DNA of 64,000 nt from Octopus sinensis (Eukaryota). Shown piece by piece: positions 11,662-24,190 of the stretch; positions within the stretch are counted from its first letter, which is position 1, and each line of letters begins with the position of its first letter. Both the position numbers and the translations under genes were made by a program. A model generated the notes under the pieces. The model ran no database searches. It saw only the letters and a list, made by a program, of their open reading frames with translations, and had not been told where the DNA came from. The stretch spans positions 87,730,001 to 87,794,000 of the forward strand of contig NC_043003.1 of assembly GCF_006345805.1 (NCBI RefSeq). The letters are read 5' to 3'.

Positions 11662-12809
11662 ATCATCATCATCATCGTTTAACATCCGCTTTCCATACTA
11701 GCATGGGTTGGATGGTTTAACTGGGGTCTGGGAAGCCCGAAGGCTGTACCAGGTCAGTCAGATCTGGCGGTGTTTCTACAGCTGGATGCCCTTCCTAATG
11801 CCAAACACTCCGTGAGTGTGGTGTGTGCTTTTTATGTGCCACCGACACAGGTGCCACACGAGGCTGGCGAACGGCCACGCTCGGATGGTGTTTTTTACGT
11901 GCCACCGGCATGGAGGCAGGGCAGGGCTGGCACGGCCACGATCGGATGGTGTTTGTTACGCGCCACCAGCACGGAGGCCAGTTGATGCGGTGCTGGCTAC
12001 GGCCACGTTCGGAGGGTTCTCTTATGTGCCACCGGCATTGGTACCACAAACTACAAATTCTATTGATGTGGATCGATTTCGATTTGATTTGATTCTTCGA
12101 TTTTCATTTTCACTTGCCTCAACAGGTCTTCACAAGTAGAGTTATGTGTCCCAAGAAGGAAGGTATGCACAGGTGGACTGACTACGTCCCAGGTAGGGTC
12201 CACGGGTTATGGCCTCACTTGTCCTGCCGGGCCTTCTCACGCACAGCATACTTCCAAAGGTTTCGGTCTCTGGTCATTTCCTTGGTGAGACCTAAAGAGC
12301 GAAGGTCGTGTTTCACAACCACATCCCAGGTTTTCCTGGGTCTACCTCTTCCACAGGTTCCCTCAACTGCTAGGGTGTGGAACTTTTACACACAACTATC
12401 TTCATCCATTCTTACCACGTGTCCATACTAGCGTAGACGTCTCTCTTGCACACCACAACTGATGCTTCTTAGGTCCAACTTTTCTCTCAAGGTACTTACA
12501 CTCTGTCGGGTATGAACACTGACATTACACATCCATCGGAGCATACTGGCTTCATTTCTTGCGAGCTTACGCATATCCTCAGCAGTCACGGCCCATGTTT
12601 CACTGCCATGTAGCATGGCTGTTCGTACACATGCGTCATACAGTCTGCCTTTTATTCTGAGCCAGAGGCCTTTTGTCACCAGCAGAGGTAAGAGCTCTCT
12701 GAACTTTGCCCAGGCTATTCTTACTCTAGCAGTTACACTTTCAGCACACCCGCCCCCGCTACTGACTTGGTCACCTAGGTAACGGAAGCTATCAACTACT
12801 TCTAGTTTT

Positions 12810-12810
<1 letters not shown>
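11662..12810 (-). mobile_element. RTE-clade LINE 3' fragment with (GAT)n tail
   Basis: KGRLYDACVRTAMLHGSETW...ERRLR; 3'UTR shared with 19533-22130; (CAT)n on the plus strand at 11662. Confidence 0.85.
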
Positions 12811-12872
<62 letters not shown>

Positions 12873-13270
12873 TTATTTTTTCTAGTTTCAGCTCAGAGCT
12901 GCGGCCATGCTGATGCACTGCCGTTTTGTGCTACACTGTTATTACGACAAACCTCGTCTAATATGTGGCACTTGGTGAAGAATGGAGTTTGATATAGCTA
13001 CTCTCATTTGCACCTCTTGCCGTGAGGTAGGTTCATCTGGGACTCTTGACAGGAAGATGTCCAGCTTTGATTTAAAAACCGCTACATCTGCTTTGTGCAA
13101 GTTCCTCAGACTCTTTGGGAGAATATTAAAAAGCTGTGGGCCCTTGAAACCTAGGCTGTTGCAGAAGCTGGTCCTGAAGCGTGATGGCATTGCTGGGATC
13201 TTTGGCACTATGCAGTGTCGTCCCGTTCTAGCATTGGTGTAGCTTACAATGCCAAAATTTGGCACAATTA
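12873..13270 (-). mobile_element. CR1-group LINE 3' fragment
   Basis: NSLGFKGPQLFNILPKSLRNL...FKSKLDIFLSRVPDEP; 3' end related to 57152-60625. Confidence 0.8.
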
Positions 13271-13295
13271 TATATATATACATATACATATATAT

Positions 13296-13335
<40 letters not shown>

Positions 13336-13416
13336 TTAGCGATGATGATGATGATGATGATGATGATTTATATATATGTATATGTATATATATATAATTG
13401 TGCCAAATTTTGGCAT
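13248..13416. repeat. Near-perfect ~170-bp palindrome (LINE end + TA + (CAT)n / (GAT)n + TA + LINE end)
   Basis: ATGCCAAAATTTGGCACAATTATA...ATCATC-TTTAGC-GATGAT...TATAATTGTGCCAAATTTTGGCAT read directly. Confidence 0.85.
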
Positions 13417-14189
13417 ACATATATATACATATACATATATATAAATATATATTTCAACTCTCGATCGATGCCCGCAGCAAGTTCTTAAAAATTTATCTTA
13501 CTATTTTTATTCGTTGTTACTACGTTTATTCATACATTGTTACGAAAACTTAACCTTTTTAGGCTACTTTCAAGCCTTCGCCATAACTTGATTTATCTTT
13601 CCTATCTCTCTCTCTACAAAATTTAACCTTAGGCTACCTCAAGCCGTAATCCCATCTCTTCCCATCTTTCCGCCATTGGCGGTGCGCCCGCCCCCCCACC
13701 CCCACCACCAATACCGGTGAACTCTGTTCTCACCACCACCACCACCAATACCGGTGAACACTGTTCTCACCCCCACCACCAATACCAGTATACCCTGATC
13801 TCACCATCTACACCGGATACGCCTTACTCATCTACACCGGGTACGCCCTACTCCCTCCCCCTCCCCCCACTACCCCTTCTCCTCATATGCTTTCACTGTG
13901 AAAAGAGAAGCTGCTAGCGCCATAGCTCATCAACTGCCCACCGATCTTACGCTTCCTCCTGACACTGCCTCATTCCGACCATCCCCTTTAGTACCCTCCC
14001 GCCTCGTAATATCCTACGTTTTTATTTCTTAGGAACCTTCACCAACCCCTTCCTGCCATCGTTCCTCCATACCCCAACCTTCCCCACTGGTTGCTCCCCT
14101 ATATTACCCGCCTCAACTGGACCCCCTCTCCCCAACTCAACTCTAGAATATCTGTATTTCTTTCCTCTACCTAATTACGTTACTCAGTG

Positions 14190-14575
14190 ACGATAAATGC
14201 TGTGACTACAAAGACCCGGGCTGCTTTCTGCAGCAATTCCACATACCCCCTACCCATTCTAAGTACCCCGGATCCCCAAAGTACCCGGATCCCCAAAGTA
14301 CCCCGGACCTCGTTGCCCCCGTGCCGCTGACACGTTAAAATGCTCGAACCGATCGTGACGATGCCGGACCCTCCGGCCCCTGTGCAGGTGGCACGTAAAA
14401 AGCACCCAATCCACTCACGGAGTGGTTGGCGTTAGGAAGGGCATCCAGCCGTAGAAACTCTGCCAGATTCAGACTGGAGCCTGGTGCGGCCCCTGGCTTC
14501 CCAGACCCGGTCAAACCGTCCAACCCGTGCTAGCGCGGAAAGCGGACGTTAAACGATGATGATGATGATGATGAT
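14190..14575 (+). mobile_element. RTE 3' end with (GAT)n tail
   Basis: GCTGTGACTACAAAGACCCGGG matches the RTE ORF end; conserved 3'UTR ...AGGAAGGGCATCCAGC...GGACGTTAAACGATGATGAT. Confidence 0.8.
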
Positions 14576-14576
14576 A

Positions 14577-14855
14577 TATATATATTTACACATATATATA
14601 TATTTACACATATATATATATATTTACACATATATATATATATATTTACACATATATATATATTATACATATATATATATATATTTACACATATATATAT
14701 ATATACATATATATATACATATACATATATATATATATATACATATAATATATATATATATACATATATATAAATATACATATATATAAATATATATACA
14801 TATATATAAATATACATATATATAAATATATATACATATATATAAATATACATAT

Positions 14856-14886
<31 letters not shown>

Positions 14887-15017
14887 CATATATAAAATAT
14901 ATACATATAAATATATATACATATATATATATATACACATATATATAAATATATATACATATAATATATATACATATATATATATATACATATATATAAT
15001 ATACATATATATATATC

Positions 15018-15088
<71 letters not shown>

Positions 15089-15255
15089 TATATACATATA
15101 CATATATATAAATATATATACATATATATATATACATATATATATATACATATATATAAATATATATACATATATATATATATATATTTATACATATACA
15201 TATACATGTACGTATATATATACATATATACATATATATATACATACATACATAT
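14577..15255. repeat. (TA)n/(TACA)n microsatellite
   Basis: Direct reading; source of the spurious Y/I/M-rich ORFs. Confidence 0.95.
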
Positions 15256-15400
15256 TTTTATTTATTTTTTATTTTATTTTATTTTATCTAGTTTCAGCTC
15301 ACGTGTTGTGGCCATGCTAGGGCACCACCATTTGGTGTTGCTACATGATTTTACTTTACGAATGCTTTTTAGCAATTGCCATTTGGTGCATGAGAGAGTT
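15256..15400 (-). mobile_element. CR1-group 3' terminal fragment with (TAAAA)n tail
   Basis: Reverse complement of ~17140-17250. Confidence 0.75.
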
Positions 15401-15404
15401 CGAT

Positions 15405-15935
15405 ACCTTTTAGTGAGCACATTGAGAAATGCGCAAAGCAACTTCTACCACAATTTTTAATCTTTCCATTTTACCAATGTGCTTTCGGATCATCAACACA
15501 AATTAGACTAAACAAGGAAACATTCTTCATTGAAAAGTACAAGCCCAGACTCAACCATCCGAACATACTGATACAGAGAAATTCACATTAAGGAAAACGA
15601 AAAAAATTTTTAAGCGATTATCTCCCTTACACCGGAAGAAATCACCCACTACCTTCCCTTATTTAGAACTCTCCGGAGCATAAACACAAGGATAACTCTA
15701 TTAAACATAAACATAACGTCACAAGAAATTTGAAAAGCTAAATGCGAAACCGGTCTTTCTTTAAAAATTATGTCATTATAAAGGAAAAAAAAATTTTTTT
15801 TTTTTACTTTTCTAATATTCTTCAGACATATTGACGCAAATATATATATTTTTTAACATTTAAGCCTTCTGTCGTTTTTTCACTCTTTACTATCTTTTAT
15901 ATATTCACCCACGTGCTTTCACAAACCAACTTTCT
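15405..15935 (+). mobile_element. PLE 3' fragment (GIY-YIG C-terminus plus pLTR with degenerate hammerhead at ~15723-15761)
   Basis: [23 protein letters not shown] and RLNKETFFIEKYKPRLN; AAGAAA-tTTGAAAA-GC-TAAAT-GC-GAAACCGGTC-TTTCTT. Confidence 0.6.
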
Positions 15936-15937
15936 TA

Positions 15938-15938
<1 letters not shown>

Positions 15939-15978
<40 letters not shown>

Positions 15979-15993
15979 CATATATATATATAC

Positions 15994-16074
<81 letters not shown>

Positions 16075-16079
16075 CATAC

Positions 16080-16112
<33 letters not shown>

Positions 16113-16194
16113 CATACATATATATACATACATACATACATATATATATATACATACATACATACATATACATACATACATACATATATACATA

Positions 16195-16244
<50 letters not shown>

Positions 16245-16246
16245 AC

Positions 16247-16309
<63 letters not shown>

Positions 16310-16345
16310 CATACATATATATATATATATATACATATATATATA
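15939..16345. repeat. (TA)/(TACA)/(CA) compound microsatellite
   Basis: Direct reading. Confidence 0.95.
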
Positions 16346-17251
16346 AACCACCAACATGTTATTGAAAGGGCAGCTGCTGAACAAGAATCTTGTTTGTGCA
16401 TACAGTTCAATGCTGAAAAGTTTCAAGCTTTATGCTATCAGCATGCAAAACTAAATGCAATACCCAATAAATACACTGGACCTGGAGGGATTGCAATCCC
16501 AGATGCACAATCAGTGCGAGACCTGGGTATTTACATGCAACCTTTCATGTGCATGTTGCTAAATTGGCAATGAAATGTAGGCGGCTGACCGAATGGATTC
16601 TTAGAACTTTTAGAACAAGAGACCAGGACACCATGATGATCCTCTGGAGGACACTTGTCCTAAGCCACTTTGACTATTGCTCTCAGCTATGGTCACCATC
16701 CAGTGTCAAGTTAATCACAGAACTTGAGGCGATCCAACGAAGCTACATGAAGAAGATAGCCTCTGTGCAGCATATAAGCTACTGGGAAAGACTCAAGAGA
16801 AAGATATGCCATAATATACATCTGGAAGATCCTAGAAGGACTTGTCCCAAACTTTGGCATCGAGAGTTACACAAATACTAGAACTGGGCGCCACTACATA
16901 GTGCCAAGAACTCCAAATTTGCCATCAAGATGTAGGACAAGATACTGTGATAGCCTGGGCTTCAGAGGCCCACAGCTCTTCAATATCCTCCCGAAGAACC
17001 TGAGAGACCTGCATGGGGTGGATGCAGATGTCTTTAAAATAAAACTGGATCTCTTCCTGTCAGGTGTCCCAGATGAACCAACTTCACGGCAAGAGGTGCA
17101 GATGAGGGCAGCTGCATCGAACTCTCTCATGCACCAAATGGCAATTGCTAAAAAGCATTCGTGAAGTAAAATCATGTAGCAACACCAAATGGCGGTGCCC
17201 CAGCATGGCCACAGCTCGTGAGCTGAAACTAGATAAAATAGAATAAAAAAT

Positions 17252-17252
<1 letters not shown>
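16345..17252 (+). mobile_element. Internally deleted CR1-group LINE
   Basis: First ~55 bp match ~57448-57503 (ORF1 region); the rest matches ~59746-60605 of the long copy. Confidence 0.85.
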
Positions 17253-17299
<47 letters not shown>

Positions 17300-17300
<1 letters not shown>

Positions 17301-18127
17301 ATAGGCAAAGAATAATAGATTTAATAATATATTAATAGAACTATATATATATATAAATATAGGGAAAGGTTAATATATTTAATAATAGATTAATAGAACT
17401 ATATATATATATAGGGAAAGATTAATAGATTTAATAATAGATTAATAGAACTATATATATATATATAGTTCTATTAATCTATTATTAAATATATTAATCT
17501 TTCCCTATATATATAGTTCTATTAATCTATTATTAAATCTATTAATCTTCATATATATATATATATATATATATATTTATCAAAAGAAAAACATGATGCA
17601 AAGGATTTAGCGGTACATATGTTTTTGGCTTTTATTAGACAGTTTATATCAATGCATAATTGGTGTAATATGTATGACAATAGCCTTCTTCAGCCGCGCA
17701 CAATTACTACTCCAAGGACATGTATTACATTATAAGTTTGGGAAAAAGACGATTTACGTTTGGGATGCAAATCCTCATAGTCATGTACAATAGAGCGAGG
17801 CACCAAAACAAAACCAAAGCGTCAAACTGTCTAATAAAAGCCAGAAACATATGTACCGCTAAATCCTTTGCATCATGTTTTTCTTTTGATAAATATACTC
17901 TATCACCTACACCACTAACTGGCATATACAGGTGCTTACAATTATCAAGTATTTACCCTGAATTTTTTGTACCCAATTCACCTACGTTGTCACCTGGATT
18001 GGATCCTATATATATATATGTATATATATATAAAGGAAAGGTTATTAGATTTAATAGTAGATTAATAGAACTATATATAACATCATCATCATTACCATCG
18101 TTTAGTGTCCGCTTTCCATGCTAACAT

Positions 18128-18166
<39 letters not shown>

Positions 18167-18200
18167 AAAGATTAAAAGTAGATTAATAGAACTATATATA
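17300..18200. repeat. Direct and inverted copies of a ~40-nt unit (AGGGAAAGATTAATAGATTTAATAATAGATTAATAGAAC) between TA runs, plus a ~68-bp inverted repeat (~17577-17645 / ~17824-17892)
   Basis: Direct reading. Confidence 0.75.
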
Positions 18201-18203
18201 TAA

Positions 18204-18960
18204 CAAAAATACATATAGAGAAAATCACAGCTTTAATTGCAGAATTCACCTTACAAAACTTACAACTGTTTCCATTACATTAAAATAGTTAGATATAGAA
18301 CATATCATTGACATTAATATTTCTGAAAATACATGTTAACAACATTTTCAAGGTAATTTAAAATTAGCTAAATTCAAAGTAAACTAAGGAAATATTTCCA
18401 GTACACAAACACATACAAAAAGAACACTAAGAAGAAATATAATCTAAGAAAATCTATTTTTGTATTCAACTTTTGGTGACAACAGATAACGAAAGAATAC
18501 AAAATAAACATAAGAATTCTAGATTACGACAATTAGAAACAGAAATTTTACATCACAGCAATTAGTTATCTACAAATCTTAGTAAATGCATTTAGGATTT
18601 AAGTATCATTTGAAGTGGTCCATCATTAGTTATGCACCACTGTACAATATTGGCAATTCTACACGTGATTTCTACCTTGAAGAAATGTATTATATAATTA
18701 CTTCTAAATTAATTTTATTATATTTTAATGGGAATTTTACAGTGAAATGTTGCCATAAATTTGCACTGGAAATATTTCCTTAGTTCACTTTGAATTTGAC
18801 TAATTTTGGATTGACTTGAAAACATGTCAACATGGATCTTCAGAAATATTCATTTCAATGATATTTTCTATATCTAACTATTTTATCAGAATAGAAACAA
18901 TTGTTGGCTTTGTAAGGTGAATTCAACAAGATGTGATTTTCTCTATACGTATATTTTTTG
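18204..18960 (+). mobile_element. Old PLE with inverted pLTRs (~18204-18403 / ~18765-18960)
   Basis: Arms are diverged reverse complements; interior encodes a GIY-YIG remnant (KWSIISYAPLYN...LEEMYYII...KCCHK). Confidence 0.7.
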
Positions 18961-19532
18961 TCTAATACTATGAATTTCTTCCAAATGTTATCTGGATCAA
19001 CTTGTCATACATGAAAAATTACCTTTTCTACTTGCATTTATTAGTATCTCATTGTAGGATATAGTTAACCAAATTTTTTTGAAACTGAGTGCTTTATTGA
19101 TATCTGCCTAGAATTTTTAATACCTTTTTCCCCCTCTTCTTATTATCTACTAGCTTAAAAGCTGCACTCCATGTGGACTTTTAAGCTAGCTCTTGTGGAG
19201 GGCTAATTGGACCTGTGGTCCAAAACTAAAGGGACCTATAATACATCTATAATGACTATATGCTCCTGTGGTGTTTCATCAGGGATTAAGGACAGATCAT
19301 TCCATTGCTTCAGTCCTAAATTCAATTCCAACGGTTGGCCAATTTGTCCCAAAGTTCTTATCGCAACGTAAATTTAATGAAGCGAATGTCATTTATCTCC
19401 CCCTTGATCTCTGATGTCATTTGACAAACACCACCAAAATGGTGTGAATCAGCCAAGCTTTACCTGCTAGAAGTCAGATCCCAATGCTGGATGTTCAAGA
19501 ACCAAATGAAGGGCAGATTTTCAATCCCAGGA

Positions 19533-22130
19533 TCATCATCATCATCATCATTTAACGTACGTTTTCCGCGCTAGCACGGGTTGGACGGTTCGACCGGGGT
19601 CTGGGGAGCCAGGGGCTGCACCAGGCTCCAGTCTGATCTGGCAGTGTTTCTACAGCTGGATGCCCTTCCTAACGCCAACCACTCCGCGAGTGTAGTGGGT
19701 GCTTTTTACGTGCCAGCTGCACAGGTGCCAGAGGGGTCTGGCATCGGCCACGATCGCTTGGTGAATTTTTATGTGCCACCGGCACAGAAGCCAGTCGAGG
19801 CGGTGCTGGCATTGGCCACGTTTGGATGGTGCTTTTTATGTGCCACCGGCACAGAAGCCAGTCGAGGCGGTGCTGGCATCGGCCACGTTTGGATGGTGCT
19901 TTTTATGTGCCACCGGCACAGAAGCCAGTCGAGGCGGCACTGGCAACGGTCACGTTCGGATGGTGCTTTTTATGTGTCACCGGCACAGGTATCACAACTA
20001 CTGTTCCATTGATATTTGGTTCGATGTTCATGTACATGCACTTGACTCAACAGGTCTCATCAAGCACAGCGAGATGTTCCGGGATCCAAGGTACTTTGAA
20101 TGGGCAGGGGTATGCGGAACTGGTGCCGGAAGCATCCCGGGTCTTAGTAGTCACAGCACATCTCCAGAGATCTCGGTCCTTCGCCATTGCCTCAGTGAGG
20201 CCCAACGCTCTGAGGTCATGCTTGACTACCTCATCCCATGTCTTCCTGGGTCTACCTCCCCCTGATTCCTTCAACTGTTCGGGAGTGGCACTTCTTCACA
20301 CATCTCTCCTCATCCATCCGCAGTACATGACCATACCATCGCAAGCGTCGCTCTTGCACACCGCATCTGATGCTTCTTATGCCTAGCATTTCTCTCAGGG
20401 TGCTTACACTCTGTCGTGCATTCACACTGACATTACACATCCAGCGGATCATGCTAGCTTCATTTCTTTCAAGTCTATGCATGTCCTCTGCAGTCACGGC
20501 CCATGTTTCACTGCCGTGAAGCATGGCAGTTCGCACACATGCATCATACAATCTACCTTTCACTCTGAGTGAGAGACCCTTGTCGCCAGTAGGGGTAGGA
20601 GCTTTCTAAACTTTGCCCAGGCTATTCGTATTCTAGTGGTGACACTCTCTGAGCATCCACCCCCACTACTAACTTGGTCACCCAGGTAGCGGAAACTATC
20701 AACTACTTCTAGTTTCTCCCCTGGAGTGTGATGGAATCTGTTTTCTGAGTATTTGTGGTGTCTATTGTCCCTGTGCATCTGCCGCACATGAAAGCTATCT
20801 TATCAGTTAATTTCCCTTTGATGTTGCTGCACCTCTTATGCGTCCATAGCTTACACTGGGTGCATCTTATGGAGTTTCTACCTACACCTTTCCTACAGCT
20901 CGAGCAGGGCCACCTGCCCGATGGGGTGTGTGCTGAGTTCGCCTTTCTGCATACTATAACTTTGGTCTTCGCTACATTTACTCTAAGGCCCTTTGATTCT
21001 CACCCTTGTTTCCACACCCGAAATTTCTTTTTTAGTTCCAGTAGTGATTCTGCTATGAGGGCCAGGTCATGAGCATAGAGGAGCTCCCAGGGGCAACCTG
21101 TTTTGAATTCCTCTGTTATTGCCTGGAGGACTATGATGAATAAAAGGGGACTGAGGGCTGAGCCCTGGTGTACACCTACTTCTACCCGGAATTCTTCACT
21201 ATATTCGTTGCCAATCCTAACCTTGCTGACAGCCTCTGTATAGAGCCTGTACAGCCCTATTAGCCATTCGTCAATCTCCAGTTTCCGCATCGACCACCAG
21301 ATAAAGGATTGGGGAACCCTGTCAAAGGCTTTCTCCAAGTCCACAAAAGCTATGTAGAGGGGTTTATCTTTAGCTAGGTACTTCTCCTGCAGTTGTCGGA
21401 CCAGGAATATAGCATCAGTGGTGCTTCTACCCGGCACAAAACCGAACTGCATCTCATCTAAGCAAATTCTCTCCCTAATGAGATGGGTTATGACCCTCTC
21501 TGTGACCTTCATCACCTGATCCAATAGTTTAATACCCCTGTAGTTATTTCTATCTAGAGCATCACCCTTACCCTTGTAGCAGTTGACTATGGTGCTGCTA
21601 CGCCAGTCATTGGGTATGACTACATTATGAACTACCTGGTTAACAATACGGGTGACTAGGCCATAGCCCACATAACCAGCTGTTTTAAGCATCTCAGCAG
21701 TGATACCTGATGGGCCGGGGGCTTTATCTGGTTTCATATCCTTAATTGCCTTAACTACAAGGGAGCTGTCTATTTGGATAGCTGGTCCCTCTACTGGGTC
21801 AACATTTGGCAGGCTCTCCTCCTCCCATTCATTCTCCACATTCAGCAGTCTTTCATAATGGCTTCTCCAAGCCTCTTTCTTTTCACCAACATTAAAAGCA
21901 AGTGCCCCATCATCCATGCGGACACATTTCTCTCGTGTAATATCACTATTTTCTCTCACACACTGTCTAGCAATACGAAATACCTCAGTTCTTTGGTCCT
22001 CGCGTCACTGGACATTGGCAAACTTCTTCTTTTCTGCTATATCTTTGGCTATGTATACCTGCCGTCCGGCCTCCCTTTTGGCTACTTGGTATGGTTCCCT
22101 GCTACCCCCATCCCTCCAGGCGATTCCGAA
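19533..22130 (-). mobile_element. RTE-clade LINE, 5'-truncated, frameshifted RT
   Basis: ORF 21000-21959: KAPGPSGITAEML...NYRGIKLL...QFGFVPGRSTTDAIF...FVDLEKAFDRV...GVHQGSALSPLLF...LYAHDL. (GAT)n tail; 67-bp tandem units in the 3'UTR (19771, 19838, 19905, 19972). Confidence 0.92.
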
Positions 22131-22140
22131 ATGGTATATG

Positions 22141-22217
22141 TCTATGTAGAGTAAATGTAGGCTGAAATACAGGGATCCCAGACAGACAGACAGAATTTTG
22201 CTTTTATTATTATAGAT
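22141..22217 (-). mobile_element. Helitron-like 5' end fragment
   Basis: Minus strand A|TCTATAATAATAAAAGCAAAATTCTGTCTGTCTGTCTG resembles the 5' ends at 855 and 1374. Confidence 0.5.
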
Positions 22218-22404
22218 ATATATATATACATATGTTTAGAGATACATACATATATATATATATATGTATGCATACAAACATGTATAGACATGCATACATA
22301 TATGTATCTATGTAGGTCTCTAAGTATATCTGTTATGAAGTACAAAGACTAAAATAAACCTGGGAAGATTATATGCTTTCTCTCTGACAAATGTATATAG
22401 AAAA

Positions 22405-24190
22405 TTCTATCTAGCAAGGGGAAAAAGTAGAAAGGAAGAAGTTTGCCAATGTTCTACAGCATGAGGATCAGAGATACGAGGTGTTTCAGATAGCAAGGCA
22501 GTGTATTAAAGAGAATTGAGATGTTATGAGTGAGAAGCGTGTGCAGTTGTATAATGGTACACTTGCACTTGGTGATTCAGAAAAGAAATAAGCTGTTAAA
22601 TGTGGAGAATGCAAGGGAGTTAGAAGTTATTCCCAATTTGGTCCAAATGGAAGAATTACCTATTCTAGTTGACAGCAATTTCATAGACAAAGCAATTAAA
22701 GATATGAAGGCAGGGAAATTTGATCAATCAAGAATTACAACCAAGAATCTTAAAATACACCTGATGGAGTGGAAAACAGCCTACTTACTCATATATTTAA
22801 ATGGGATGTACAGAAAGGTATTACTCCAGACAGATCAATTGTTACAAAGATAAAGATCCTTTAGACAGAAGTAATTACAAAAGTTTCAAATTGCTGAACC
22901 AGGTCATGAAAGTTATGGAAAGAATTATAGCTTAGGAAGAGAACTGGGTTAGATAAAGTGTTTAGTTTGCGTCAGGGAGAAGTACAACTGAAGTTCTCTT
23001 CCTTGTAAGATAGCTGCAGAAGTATTTAGCTAAAAGCCATTGTACTTGGCATTTGTCAACATAGAGAAAGCATTTCACTAGGTCCTTTGCTCTGTGATCT
23101 GGAGATCCCTGAGGCAGCTAAGACAGATGAATGGCATGTGAGAACCATTCAAGCAATGTACAAAGGTCAGTGAAGTGAGAAGTTAACAACAAATACAGCA
23201 ATGAATTTAGTGTGCGGGTAGGGTTCACAAGGATTTGGTTCTCAGTCCCTTCCTAGTAATCATAGTCCTCCAGGCTATAACACAGGGATTTAAAACTGGT
23301 TGCTCTTGATAACTATGATACGCTAATGACCTCATTCTTATACCAAAACCTAGAATCAAAAAGCCTTAAAGCTTAGCAAAGACAAAAGTTTTAGTTAGCA
23401 AGAAAATAGACAGGACTCTACTATTATCAGGAAATAGCACATTTGATATGTAGGAAAGGTGTTGGTGGAGATTCCATACAATGTACCCAGTGTAAGCTAA
23501 AGATGAACAAGAGGTGCAGTGATATGTCAGGAAGGTTAATACAGAAGTAGACTTTGTATGTGTCAGATGCACAGAATAACCACAAAAAACACACAAGAAA
23601 CAGATTGTCTTGACTGTCCAGTAGGTTCCACAGAGGCAATAAATTGTTTCTATTACATAGATGACTGATTTAGCAGTGGAGAAAGATGTTCTGGAAGTAT
23701 AGTTGCTAGAATAAAAACAGGATGAAGAAAGTTCAGAAAGCTGTTATCACTGTTAGTAACAAAAAGTCTTTCTCTCGAAATGAAAGGTAGATGGTATGAA
23801 GCTTATGTATGAACAATAGTGCTGCATGGTAGTGAATCATTTTCCCTGAATGCCAAGAACATGCAAAGACTAGAAAGGAATAAAACAAGTATGCTCAAGT
23901 GGATGTGCAATATCAGTGTGCATGTATGACAAAGTGAAAATATGTTGAAAGAAAAATTGGGCATGAGGCATCAAATGTGTGAAGACAAAAGACTCTGTAT
24001 ATGGTGTATATGAATGAGAACAGATGTATAAAGAAGTACTGATCACTGAATATGGATGGCATGTATGGAAAAGGGAGACCAGGGATGAAGTAGTGAAAGC
24101 TGATTTCAAGATGTTGTGCCTAACAAAGATGACAAAGGATCAAGATGAGTGACAATTGACTATGCTCAAGAAAACTTGTCTGTCTTGAAA
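22405..24190 (+). mobile_element. Degraded RTE LINE
   Basis: Colinear nucleotide similarity to the reverse complement of ~20150-22050, with many stops. Confidence 0.8.

Noticed and set aside
14530-16426. Many long Y/I/M/C/V-rich ORFs (also 5479-5863, 10940-11296, 61231-63493)
   Set aside because: Translations of TA/TACA microsatellites, which lack stop codons; not genes.
19700-19990. Regularly spaced repeats resembling a CRISPR array
   Set aside because: Whole 67-bp units repeat with no unique spacers; they lie in a eukaryotic LINE 3'UTR; no cas genes.
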